From Camelus ferus (Eukaryota), in the NCBI RefSeq assembly GCF_009834535.1, contig NC_045697.1, positions 57,166,001 to 57,230,000 of the forward strand: DNA of 64,000 bases, written 5' to 3'. A program made the translations under genes and the position numbers. Positions 1-12,119 of the stretch are shown here, in pieces. Below the pieces are notes generated by a model. It was not told where the DNA came from. It saw nothing but the letters and a program-made list of their open reading frames with translations, and made no database searches. Position 1 is the stretch's first letter. Every line of letters begins with the position of its first letter.

Positions 1-224
1 TTATTTTAATTACTCTTATGTCCTTATTTATATGAACTCCTGAATACCTATTGAATCAGGAAAATGTGTTATTGACCTCATAATAAATTAGTTAAATTAA
101 AACATGAGTTTTATCATCAAGGGTAAAAAAGGATGCTTTAGAAATTATGTCACTTCTCTGAGTTGTAAATAGTGTGTCTAATACTTACAGTAAATAATCT
201 TTATAGTATCAATTATAGACACAT

Positions 225-375
225 TCTCTAATTTTGCACAATACTCCTTAAGGTAGTTTGTAAAATTTATCTTTCTATTTTGATAGAGAAACATGAATCT
301 CAAGGGTAAACTCAGCTTGCCCAATTCTCAAAGTTAGTGACAGATGAGGGAATCAAATTCACATCATTTTACTTT
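225..375 (-). mobile_element. MIR SINE fragment (degenerate)
   Basis: Decayed antisense MIR core: ...ctattttgatagagaaacatgaatctcaagggtaaactcagcttgcccaa...agttagtgacagatgagggaatcaaattc. Confidence 0.55.
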
Positions 376-386
376 AAGTACAAGGT

Positions 387-430
387 GATTTTAACAATAT
401 AATTACAGATTTTAACAATATAATTACAGA
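387..430. repeat. Perfect tandem duplication, 21-bp unit x2
   Basis: gattttaacaatataattaca at 387-407 and 408-428. Confidence 0.95.
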
Positions 431-1224
431 AAAATAAAGAACATTGTGGTTGAATAGGTCTTAAAGAGCATACTATTGTCTTTATGTTTAAGTTAATCAT
501 CTTTCAACTCAATATTCATAAGTGAAATATGACATCATTAGGTAATCTGAGTTCTGTTACTTTTTTTTTTTTTTAATTTTTGAATCAATCATGACCTTTT
601 AACTGCATCACCAGCCATTTATAAAGTTTAAAAAGTTTCTGTGAAGGATATTAAATTCTTTAGTTTCAATTTCTATTTTACATTGCTGAATAACTGAAGG
701 GTTAAATGCTAGTAGGTCCATGCATTGCCTAAAACTTTAATTCTTTTGAAAATGATTGATTATACAGTTTATTATAAAATTTTGATTAAAAATAAATTGC
801 TGGCATTGCAATAAGTAAATTAAAATGTGTACACATACATCTTAGGATCTTGCTGTTCTCATAAACAATATTTCATATTCTTCAAATCCAAATTTATAAC
901 CTCCATTTCTATAATTCTTTGTCTTCATATATCTCAAAATTTTGTCTCCATATTTTTAGGTATAATTTATATTTTTATTTTCTGTTTTACTAAATTTCTG
1001 TTACATACTCATATGCTTTCTTCAACAACCTTAATTTTTAATATTAGAATTACGTTTTGCATGTACATGAATGTTTTTGATATCACACTGCTCCATTTTT
1101 CAGTCTACTTGCTGTAGTTTCGTTAATTTTCAATGTGTTTTTCATTCTTTTGGTGTTTGCATTTTTTTTCAAAATGCTCTCATGCTTCTCCAGGGAAACC
1201 TGATCTTTTTTTTTTCCTTTTAAG

Positions 1225-1345
1225 TAGTGTCCTTAAGTATAGATTGTGGTATTTTTTCATATTTTCAGATGAGAAAATTGAGGCATTGGGAAGTAAAGGA
1301 ACTTTCCTACTACCATATGCCTAATAAGAGGTAGAGTGTGGGCTC
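1225..1345 (-). mobile_element. MIR SINE fragment
   Basis: catattttcagatgagaaaattgaggca...gtaaaggaactttcc is the antisense MIR core motif. Confidence 0.65.
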
Positions 1346-1357
1346 TGTTACTTTCCC

Positions 1358-1800
1358 TGAATGAGGTTGAATGGTAGCTCCCCAAAATATATGTTCACAT
1401 TCCAGAGCCTGTAAATGTGATATTACTGGGAGGAAAAAAGTATTTGTAGATTGCATTAAGTTAAAGATCTTGAGATAGATCATCCTGGATTGTTCCAGTG
1501 AGCCCTAAACTGTCCTTATAAGAGAAACAGAATAGAGATATACATGAAGAAGAGAAGAAGGCCATATGGAGGTGGAAGAAGAAATTGGAGTTATAAAGGC
1601 ACACAAGGAACACCTGGAGCCACCAGAAACTAGAAGAAGCAAGGAAGGATTCTCTCTTAGAGCCTCTGGAAGGAGCACAAACCTGATGATACAATAATTA
1701 CAAACTTCTGGCATCCAGAACTGTGAAGGAATTAATTTCTATTATTTTAAGCTACCAAATCTGTAGTAATTTGTTAAGGAAGCCTTAGGAAACTAAAACA
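1358..1800 (+). mobile_element. MaLR 5' LTR (MLT1C-like)
   Basis: Starts tgaatgaggttgaatggtagctcccc; contains gatcatcctggatt, gccaccagaaactagaagaagcaaggaaggattctc and cttctggcatccagaactgtga; ends ggaaactaaaaca (TG...CA). Confidence 0.9.
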
Positions 1801-3156
1801 GTTTTTGGTGACTAGAAATGGGGTGCTACTGTGACAGGTAACTAAAAATATGGAAGTGGCTTAGAAATTAGATGAGTAGAGGCTGCAATAATTTTGAGAC
1901 TCATGAGAGCAAAAGCGTAGAGTGTCTTGAACAGAATGTGGTAGAAATATGAATGTTAAAGACACTTCTAGAAAGGACTCTGAAAGAAACAAGGAACATG
2001 TTACTAGACACTGAAGGAAAGGCAACCTTTGTTACTATGGCAGAAAATGGCTGAAATTTGTTCTGTGGTTGTGTTGAAAGCAGAACTTGTAAGAAATTAA
2101 TTTATATCTTTAGTTGAGATTTCCAAGCAAAGTTTTGAAAGTGTGACCTGGTTTCTCTTTGCTGCTCATAGTAAAATGTGAGAGGAAAGAGATAAATTGA
2201 AGAAGAAACTATTAAGCAAAAAGGATGCAGCACTTGATATTTGAGAAGTTCTTGGCCTATCCAGACTACAGAGAATACTAAAATTAGAAAACTCACTGTT
2301 GGAAAAGCATGCTCTGGGGAAGGACCAAAAGTATGGCTACCAAATCTTTTGCTGAAGAGATTGGGTGTGTGACTCATCAATCTATTTAACCACCTCAACA
2401 GAAGCCAGGAAAAGAGATAGGTTTAATAAGGAAAGACCTGTAGAGGTCCTTCTTATGTAATGGCATGAACCCCCATTACCCACAGGAGTATCAGCAGGTT
2501 TTGGAGAATTCTATACAGACAAAAGGCAAACTGAGAGAAGGCTGTTGGACTTCCAAAATTCTAAAGGCAGGAATAGATTCAGAGAGCTACATGGCTACAA
2601 CCATGTTCTACCCTTCCAAAAAGAAAGACTAACTGTAGAGGCAGAGCTTTCGTATATAGCACAGAGGTGGGTGGAGCTACCATAGGCAGAGCAGAAAGCA
2701 GAGCTGCTGCAGGCCAAGAAGTCAGAACATCAAGCTACAGAGGATTGTTCTCAGAACTTGAAATCCAAAGGACTTTTTCTTGGTGGATTTCAAATTTCCT
2801 TGGAACCAGTAAGTATCTTATTCCTTCCAATTTTTCTCTTTTGGAATGAGGATGTCTAACCTATGCCTATCCCACCATTGTATTTTAGAAGCAGATTATT
2901 TTGTTCGTTTGTTTGTTTTTTCCTAATCTTGAAAGTCCATAGATGGAGACTCATTTAGTCCCAGAATAAATCATACTCAGAGTCTCACTCATACCTGATT
3001 TAGATGATGAAATGTGGGACTTTTAAAAGCTGATTCTATTTAGATGATAGCTTGGACTTAAGTTGGTATTGCAATAGATTGAAACTTTGATGTTAATAGA
3101 TGGAGTAAATGTATTTTGTATGTAGGACATGGATTTGAAGGAATCAATGGATATAT
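1801..3156 (+). mobile_element. MaLR internal region (MLT1-int), ~1.36 kb, no intact ORF
   Basis: Directly follows the LTR with gtttttggtgactagaaatggggtgctact...aaaatatggaagtggcttagaa, typical of MLT1-int, and runs up to a second LTR. Confidence 0.85.
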
Positions 3157-3430
3157 TGCAGTGGGTTGAATAGTGGCCCCACTAAGGATTTGACTGTGTT
3201 CCAGAATCTATGAATGTAACTTTATATAAAAAAATAGTCTCATTGCAGATGTATTTTGCTAAGAATGCCAGGATGCCACCTCTATATATAGGTGGGTCCT
3301 AAATTGAAGGACAAGTGTTCCTATGAGGTCCAGAGAATGGAGACAAAGACAAGAAGACCTCATAAAGACAGAGGAAGAGATTGGAATTGTGCAGCCACAG
3401 GCCAAGGAACACCTGGAGTGCTTGCAGTTT
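3157..3430 (+). mobile_element. MaLR 3' LTR (MLT1C-like), 3'-truncated
   Basis: tgcagtgggttgaatagtggcccc...gccaaggaacacctggag aligns by eye with 1358-1620; similarity stops at ~3430. Confidence 0.85.
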
Positions 3431-3965
3431 TTCCAAAAAACAATTGTAAAATAGATCAAATTGCATTCTAGTGTTTTGAAGAGATATGGAATGCTTCAGA
3501 ACAACTAACAGTTTTTTTCCTAAGTGATCAAATACACTGTGAACAAATGCTTTAAGATTTCCAGATAGCTCAACCCCTCTCTTCTCTGTGTGATTGTGTA
3601 AGTGAATGTAAAACAAATCACTTCTCTCAAAAGAAAAAATAGGACTACTATGTTGATAAAAGTACCAAAGGTATAAGACATTTGGAAATTATTCATATTT
3701 GACAGATCAATCACTGATTTAGCTTCTTCCAAATAGCTGCCAATGTATTTAAATGGTTTTATTGACAAGAGAGAATTTAAGATCTATCTATCTATCTAAT
3801 CTGGCATTGTTATCAGAAACATTTTAACCATCTTATGTTTTAATTAGTTAGGGCAGATAATAGAAAGTAGAATTGACTGAAAGCCAAAAAAAGAATTAGT
3901 CATTTTCTAAAACAAGTAAATTATCTTTTGTCAGACTGATTAATCTGTCAACCAGAAAAGATTGA

Positions 3966-4042
3966 CAGTTAAAAAGATTAAACGATTTTAACTTCTTAAA
4001 TTAATCTTTTTAACTGCAGTAAAAAAAATCTTTTTAACTGCA
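3966..4042. repeat. 16-bp perfect inverted repeat plus 16-bp direct repeat
   Basis: cagttaaaaagattaa (3966-3981) / ttaatctttttaactg (4001-4016); aatctttttaactgca at 4003-4018 and 4027-4042. Confidence 0.9.
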
Positions 4043-7000
4043 CTGCGAAATAATTATATTTTGCAAAATTAATCCAGTATTAAAGCTGTGCAAATTTATT
4101 CTATAATACTTGATTTAAATAGGTCAATACTTTATATTCTTAACACTTAATAAGGAGATCATTGATTTATTTTCCACATTGTAAAGTGGAGAATTCATGT
4201 TTTAAAACCTCTAATGCCATACCAGCTCAACAGGAGCATTGAATGAATTCTAAAAATAAATTAGACCAAAGGGTAAACTTGTTTAACAAATAGGGTTCAG
4301 TGGTCTAAAATTGTATTTTGATTACAGAAATAACTTTTTTTTCTGTTTTGTTTGAACAATTTAGACATATTAGCAAATTGTTATTCAGTTAGACTTTGCC
4401 TTTTAGGCACAGCATCTGCACTAATAAGAGTTTTGTGGATAAATTATTAAGGTTCACAAACCAGTTTAGTGAAAGGTTTTTTAAAAAAAAGAAAAAAGAA
4501 AACCTTACCAAAGTTGTAAAATGATATGAGTGTAAATAATGAAAGGTTAAAATTGAACTGCTTGAGTGATACTCTCTTGAAATCAATAGCTTTTATTATA
4601 CCACAATAACGACCTGAGAAAATTTCCCTGCATCAAATCAAAATTTAACTTTTTCTACCTCCATTTGTATTAATTATTTCTTCATGATGAATGATTTATT
4701 ACTATTTTTCTACACATTTCATTCAATTAAAGGATTATTTTTTTTAATTAGGAGTAAATTCTCTCTCAAACAACTATAAATGACAACAATTACTTTAATA
4801 AGAGCTGAAAACTATGTCATATAAAATAAGCAGCATAAGAATGCATAAGATTCTTTTCTGGTATGGGCTACAAACCAACCTGATTGAAGATAATGAACAG
4901 TAAATAGAATTTAAAAATTTGTGGCTTATTTCATTAGGCAAAACCAATTTGTGTCAAATAGAACAAAAATTATTTAATAGCTTACAATTTAGATTTGTAT
5001 CTCAGTCAGTAACCATATCATTGGTAATATCTTTATAAAGAATTAATCTATATGAGTTTATAAATAATACAGATATACATTATAATTGTTATATGGGTTG
5101 ATATTTACTTTAAAAGAGTTCTTATAGATATTTTAGATTCTCAAGGATTTAGGCGTGGTTCTTCATTAAAAAATGATTTTTTTAAATGACAAAAGGCTTT
5201 TATCATAGCACCAGAAACATGTGTCCAAAGGTTGGCAATTTCATGTTCTCCATTATTTTCTCTCAGAATAGCTCTTTGGTTATAAAGCCAGCAGTTCTTG
5301 GGCTGAATTCATAATAATGTCTTCATTGCCATATATTTGTGTCAACATTTTGTACCAACGTTTGTTGATACATATATTTGTTTCAACAAATATATCCCCA
5401 AACAAACAACAATGTCTGTCAAAATATCTGAGAATGATCTTTTCTTTTTTTCAGAAAATCAGACTTCTACCAGAAGATCATTTTGTGTTTTAAAATTTAC
5501 CCTCTGCTACAATGCTACAAATTCTTGAATATATAAATGCATAGTTTTCTCACTTTCTTTAAAACAAATTATTTTCAAAAAATGGAGAAATTACTCTGAC
5601 AGAAAGCTTAGCTTTCTTGGCAGTTTCATCCAGAAATAATGATTATATTTGATGTCAGTGCATGTTGAAATGGAGCACAATGGTATTTCTTTTAAAATAA
5701 GTAATTAAACTACTTACATTACCAAATATTACAGATGCTTTGTTCAGAGCCAGTCAAAGTTGTTTTCTGGTGTTATTTTTGCATGACAGAGAAACTTCAA
5801 ACCTTTTAAAGACTTGAATGGTTGTTTTGTTTTATTTAGTTTTTCCTAATTGAGTCATACAGTAGAGTAATTTTTTTTTGATTGTGTCTGCAGGTACACA
5901 ACAAAGAAAACAGAAGTTGGCTGCCAGGAAAACCATTATTTCTATTGAGTTTCATGTTGCCAAATCCTACATGATATGCCTTGAAACATTCAAAATTTGT
6001 CATTAGGTCTGCAGTGAATCACACCATTTTTAGAAGGCATCACTTCTTTTTTTGGTTTTGTTTTGAGTCAGAAACAAACTCAGTCATTTCTAGAGAGCAT
6101 GATTTTATGGAAATGTCTCTGATTTTTGTGTGACTTCTTTTGTTCTACCAGGCTTAAGTCATTGAAAAGTGTGTACATACAAATATACATATCCTATATG
6201 TATATATACTTTAATGATCTGATAGGGATTTTTAAATTGTAATAAATCTACATGTAGCTCATTTCCATTTGTTTTTCAAATGACCATAATATTGAGAGCA
6301 ACAGCAGCAACATAAAATCAGACTTGGATTTTTGGCCAAAGATAAAGTTACTTCTTTTTGAGTGGCAAATATGAAGGCAATTTAGTATTAGTATCGCATC
6401 ACAGTCACTGATGTAACAAAAAACAAAGGATTAGTAAACTTGATTTGATTGTTTGTTCACTTTACATCTTTAACCTAGCTGATATTAAAAAAAAAAAACA
6501 CTTCAAATCATATTTCTAGAGTTTTGTATGTAATTATATTTATATAGTTATAATTATATATGTGTATATAGTATATATACTCACATATATTAATATGTAG
6601 TCACTTAAATAATATATTCATAATGAATATAAACTGATTTGATTTTATATGTATTAAAACATATAAATGGAAACCATTTGATATGCTCTTAAATTACATT
6701 TGTGATAATTATTACCTCACTTTGTAAAGAATCATTCTAAATCTATTTGAACTGAAGAAGTACAATAGTAAGTTAATTTGATATTAATATAACTTTCGAA
6801 AATAATTTTAAAATACCATGTACAGAATTTAAAAAGAGATGTATTATAACTATATTGATTTCAAGCACTTCCTATAGCTCCAAGGAGCACAAATAGATTT
6901 CATGTTCTATTGTAAATTGAAAAGTCAGAACTCTGAATGTATATGGAGAATATGTATCAAGTCTTAGATATTTAACTGTTAGATTTTGATTTTTTATTAT

Positions 7001-7269
7001 CCACCCATGAAATTATATTAATGAACTTATAGAGCAAGTAGCAGCACATATCAAGTGATCAGTTCTGAAGAGCTTCATCTCTTCTAGTTCAAGCAGTTTA
7101 ACTTTCAGCAACTTAAACACCTTCCATTTCTCTCAAAGTGAATTTGAAAGTGTTGTTTCTGTCCTTAGTCATCACCCTCAGACTCTTTTTTAAAAAACTG
7201 CATTAATGAACACAGACTATGTAGGGACTTAGGCTGAAGCACCTTAAATTTTACATCTCTTCTTCTAGA

Positions 7270-7736
7270 CGTGAATTTAATGGGTGTCTTAAAAGATCTG
7301 CAAATGTCTCAGAGGTCAAATATAAAAAGCTTTTTCTTTCATAAGGAGGATTGAAGACTAAGAACAGTGTAGGAAAGCCAATGAATGGTTGGAAGTGGGG
7401 TGCTGGGGCCACAGATTAGAGTATGTTTTACCCTGAAGATAGTCAGTTCTCAAGAGGGATTGAGGCTGAAGGTATGTCGAAGTTGAAGTCTTGGGAGGAG
7501 AGAACCTTAATGTAGTTTCCTTAAGTCAGATTAACAGGCATATTGTTCTGATTGATCAGTGCATACAAATAGTTCAGTTATTTATGAGGGTAAGAATGGG
7601 AATTTGGAAGTCTGTGTCTGGCCTGTCTTGTTTTATCTGAATCACATGGGGAAGAGTGTTTGCTGAAAGCAGGTTCTTTGAACACAAAACAGGTAGGAAG
7701 CTTTTCCACTGTCACAGGCTCAGGTAATTTATAACA
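7270..7736 (-). mobile_element. ERV1-class solo LTR, MER89/MER90-like
   Basis: Minus strand begins tgttataaattacctgagcc and contains cttccccatgtgattcagataa, aggccagacacagacttccaaattcccattc and actgatcaatcagaacaa. Confidence 0.7.
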
Positions 7737-7769
7737 CTGTCAATATTAAGGTATTATAAGTTTGGTCCT

Positions 7770-8180
7770 TTTATCCCTTGGCTCTCATCATGTAGCATTC
7801 TTCTTGTTTAGCGTGCTTTAATTAAAAAGTTGTTTTTCCTCCAGTTGCTTAAATACTGTAAAGTTGTCTGACATCCTCTTGTCTGAAATTCTCTTGTCCT
7901 CTACATTCTCATTGCAGGCTCCTTGTCAATCATGATTCACCAAACATCATTTTATCAGTATGATTTTTTCTCACCACTCTATCATTTGCACATTACCCTA
8001 TTTTGTTCCTTCATAGAGCTTAACATTCTCAGAAAAGTATTTATTTACTCATCATTGTTTGCTTTCTCACGACCATCATCTCTTCAAGATACCTGCTCTT
8101 TTTGCTTAGCACTCTAACTCTGGAACTTACCCTATGCCTAGCTCAGAATAGGTGCTCTATATATATTTAATAAAGAAAAG
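7770..8180 (+). mobile_element. L2 LINE 3' end fragment
   Basis: Pyrimidine-rich tract ending atgcctagctcagaataggtgctctatatatatttaataaag, an L2 tail motif. Confidence 0.6.
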
Positions 8181-8589
8181 CAAAATTGAACATTAACCAC
8201 TTAATTTAATAACAGTGAACACACTTTCTGTGTTCAAAACATCTGATTTTCTTTTAATATTCACCAATAAATTAAATCTCTGGCTCTGTCTCTCTCTCCC
8301 TCTCCCCCTGCCCCTTTCTCTCCCTCCCACTTTGTAGAAGTTTCATTGTATTACTAAGAATTTTCTCTTCTCTTTTCTTTTTTTTTAGTGATTGTCTGTT
8401 GTATTATAGGCTACACCCATGTAATGTACATTTTAGCTTTCATGGCTGAAGTGGTACAATGCTGGACATAGGTTCTTGCTCTGATTTATATATTCCTTAA
8501 TATTTTCAAGGAAGCCAAATGATTTTTGACAGATTGTTTTCACCCATAAAATGGCTGATGGATATTTGGTATTTCATTGATTATTTACA

Positions 8590-8594
<5 letters not shown>

Positions 8595-8624
<30 letters not shown>
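8595..8624. repeat. (GT)15 microsatellite
   Basis: Direct reading. Confidence 0.95.
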
Positions 8625-8625
<1 letters not shown>

Positions 8626-8637
8626 GTAAAAAGTCTG

Positions 8638-9265
8638 CTTTAATTTATTGAGGTAAAATGAACGTAAACATTAGTTAGCCTTTTTAAGATACACAATTCA
8701 GTGACATTTAGTGAATTCACAATATTATGTAAATGCCACCTCTCTCCAGTTTTGAAAAATTTTCCTTTTCCCCAACCCTATCCACTGAAACCACTAATCT
8801 GCGTTCTGTCTAAATGAATTAGCCTATTTGGGTGTTTCATATAAAAGGAAACTATAATATGTAATGTTTTGTATTTGGTTTCTTTCACTTAGCATAATGT
8901 TTACAAGTTTCATCCATGTTGTAACATGCATCAGGACTTCATTGCTTTTTATGGTTGAATGGTAGTCATATGTAAACACAACATTTGTTAATTTGTCCAT
9001 TAATGGACATTTGGGCTATTTCTAACTTTTGGCTTTTATGAATAATATTGTTATAAACATTACAAGATTATGTTTGGACATATATTTTCATTTTTCTTGG
9101 ATATGTACCTAGGAGTAGAATTGCTGAGTCTTGTAGTAATTCTATATTTAACTTTTTGAAAAACTGTTGAACCATTTTCCACAGTGGCTGCATGATCTTA
9201 TATTTCTTTAACAGTTTACAAATGTTTCTATTTCTCCATATCCTTGCCAATACTTGCTTTCCTGA
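8638..9265 (-). mobile_element. Old L1 3' end (L1MB-like), including the ORF2 C-terminal remnant
   Basis: Antisense L1 3' motifs (ttctttcacttagcataatgttt, atggacatttgggctatttc, acctaggagtagaattgctg); ORF 9068-9250 contains QPLWKMVQQFFKKLNIEL...SAILLLGTYP. Confidence 0.9.
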
Positions 9266-9559
9266 TTTTCAAATCTGGTACTGTATCACTATTTAAAGGT
9301 ATTTTATCTTTTATTCTTTTTCTATAATTATAAACAAAGTTAATCTCATTAATGTTAAATCTCATTAATATACTGAAATAGAAACTGATATTCATCCTCA
9401 ATTATTATTATTTTGGTGTATTTGTTTGATTACTTTCTTGGCTATGTTTAAAACTAAATTTTTCCCTCTAAAGAAGGTTAATGCATATTCAAGTTACCAG
9501 GAGCTCTAGTTTTTTGATGATGAGTGGCTGTTGAACATAGAAATAGCATATGACTGGAA

Positions 9560-10290
9560 GTTTGATGCTCTCAAGACTATGGATATTTCTCTAACTTTAT
9601 CTGGCTTTAAAAATGGTTGTAGAACAGCAAAATACAAGTCGGATTTTCTTCGCTTTAAGTGTTTTATCTTTTTTTCCCCCCACTTCTGTGGAAGCTAGAA
9701 AAAGAAAAAGTCTTTATCTTTGACCAACAGTAGTATAACGTGAATATATTTTAATCTTTTTTTTTTCACTTTTTTTCTTATAATGAGATACACCCTTTGA
9801 TCTGAAATTAGTTCTCTTATAGGAGTTTCCAATGGGGGGAAATGTTTCTCCACTTTAGCCTAGTATATATTTTCTGTTAGTTTCTATTCATTTAGTTTCT
9901 TGACTCCTGAGAGAAATGTATGTATTGTTGATTTGTCTTTGTGGGTTCTTCCATAGATTTGGTTTCGTTTCTGGTTATTTAAATTTTAGTTATATTTTTT
10001 CTGTATTGTCTATAACTATTTCAAGTCCTCCCTGCCTGTAATTTGGTTTTCAACATGAGACTTACTCTCCCTTGTTATTGATATTGTTAAGTAAGTAATG
10101 CTGTTTTTTCTAAGTCCAGTTTTTTAGCTATAAGAAATCTTTCCATTTTAATGTATCATTTAATATAACGCATCATTATTTAACATTTTTAATATATGCA
10201 CATTTTATTAAGTTATTCTACCATACAAAGCAATTAAAGAATATTTTCTTCTATTCTTTAATTAGATTATATTTTTCTTTTAACCAAATT
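9560..10290 (-). mobile_element. Very old L1 (L1ME/HAL1-type) ORF1-region fragment
   Basis: T-rich decayed antisense L1-like sequence; weak motif evidence only. Confidence 0.35.
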
Positions 10291-10301
10291 CATCTTTCCC
10301 G

Positions 10302-10820
10302 TATATGATCGTTGATTTATGTCAGCTTGTTGATGCTATGTATGATGCCTGGTGTTTGGTCAAAAACCAGTCTAGATGTTGCTGTTAAGGAATTTTTTAG
10401 ATGATTAGCATTTAGATCAGCTAACTTTGAGTAAAGCAGATTATCTTCCCTGGTATGAATGGATCTCATCCAATTAGTTGAAAGCCTTCAGAGAAAAGAA
10501 TGAGGTTCCCCAAAGAAGAAGAAATTCTGCCTCCAGATTGCCTTTGGAGTCTAAATTTCAACATCAACTCTTCCCTGAATCTCTAGCCTACCAAGTGCCC
10601 TGCAGATTTCAGACTTGCCATTCCCCGTTGTCACATAAACTAGTTCCTTAAAATAATCTCAGAGAGAGAGATATAGATATATGCATGTATACACACATAC
10701 ACACACACATATACATATACATATTATATGTGTTTATATATATATGTGTATACATAGGTACAGACACACATATACACATATCCTATTGATTCTGTTGTCT
10801 GGAGAAACCAGACACATAGA
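10302..10820 (+). mobile_element. MLT2 (ERVL) solo LTR with internal (TA/CA)n low-complexity tract
   Basis: ggtcaaaaaccagtctagatgttgctgttaagg, ctttgagtaaagcagattatc, gccctgcagatttcagacttgcca and terminal tcctattgattctgttgtctggagaaacc. Confidence 0.9.
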
Positions 10821-11399
10821 CCATGTATCTTTCTCTCTCCTCCCCTCCTCTTTCCTCTCTCCTTTCCTTTCTTTCTCCATGATATCAATCCTCTGCTCTA
10901 GTATTGTACACTATTATCCTAGATGGAAATTACTCCAGAATATGATAATACTTGGTGACTATTCAATATGTTATTGAGATGCTGCAGTAATATATATATG
11001 ATCTTATGAACTGGAGTATATTTGAGGATTTTTACTTAAACTATTCAATTATAGTCTCAGTTTCTTTTTTTCCTAGATTTCCAGTTTGATTTCCTTGAAA
11101 TGATCTTTGATCTATGTAAACTTATTTCTCGATATTGCTTTCAGGAATAGGTTTAAGCATTTTGCTGTACTATGTCAGAAAATTTATTTCATACTTTGGC
11201 CAAAATATTTTGAACATTATATCACCAGGTTGTTCCACTTACATTGATAGTGATAAAATGTGTCTGGATTTTATTTCAATTTTTGGAAGTATGTGAATAA
11301 GAAAGTCAGTAATCTAATTCACTCTATCTTTTAAAAATATTTTATTATAAAATACATGACAACTAAGTATATTTAAACATTGCATAATTTAAACATTAT

Positions 11400-12110
11400 A
11401 AAGTCACTCAGACTAAGAAATGGAATCTTATTTAGCCTTTGATTGTTTAGAATTGTATTTAAAATTTTCAAATATGTGGATTTTTTCCCATATATTTTAC
11501 TGTTATTTAATTTAATTCTACTGTAGTCAGTTTACTCCATATGATTATGGTCCTTTCAAATTTATTAAAACTAGTTTTTATGGTCCAGAATATGGTTTAT
11601 CTTGGAGAACATATTGTGTACATCTGAAAAGTATGTTTAGGGTCTTATAAATATCAGTTCAAAGGGATTGTAATACTATTCAAATTAAATAGATGTTTGC
11701 ACATGTTTACCTAATTGTTCTGCTTGACTGCTGAGAGGGCATGATAAAATCTCCAACTCTAGTTTTGTAATTGGCTTTTTCTCCCTTTTTATCTTTTATG
11801 TCTTGCCATATATTTTTGAGCTCTAATATTAATCTATATATGAAGTATATATCTTCCCAGTGAATTACCTTTTGTTGTTATTAAATGTTACTCTCAATCT
11901 CTTTAATATCTGATGTCTTGAAGACTATTTAATCTAATATTTATATAATCATGCCTTTCTTCTTATTATTATTATTCATATGATTTACACAGCATCTGTT
12001 TTTTCTTTAAATTTAAAACTTATTCTTTGGCAAATATCATGCAGTTGAGTTTTGCTTTTTTCATCAGTTTTGACAAACTGTATTTGAATTATGAAGTCTA
12101 ATTTATGAAT
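11400..12110 (-). mobile_element. Old L1 fragment, ORF2 endonuclease region
   Basis: tttttatggtccagaatatggtttatcttgg and aaaatctccaactctagttttg are antisense L1M EN-region motifs. Confidence 0.7.
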
Positions 12111-12119
12111 ATTTTTCTT

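Noticed and set aside
5870..6010. Plus-strand splice-acceptor-like site (ttttttgattgtgtctgcag|g at ~5893)
   Set aside because: No convincing downstream donor or recognisable peptide; such sites are common in T-rich DNA.
10660..10977. His/Thr/Ile-rich 98-aa ORF
   Set aside because: Translation of the (CA/TA)n tract in the MLT2 LTR.
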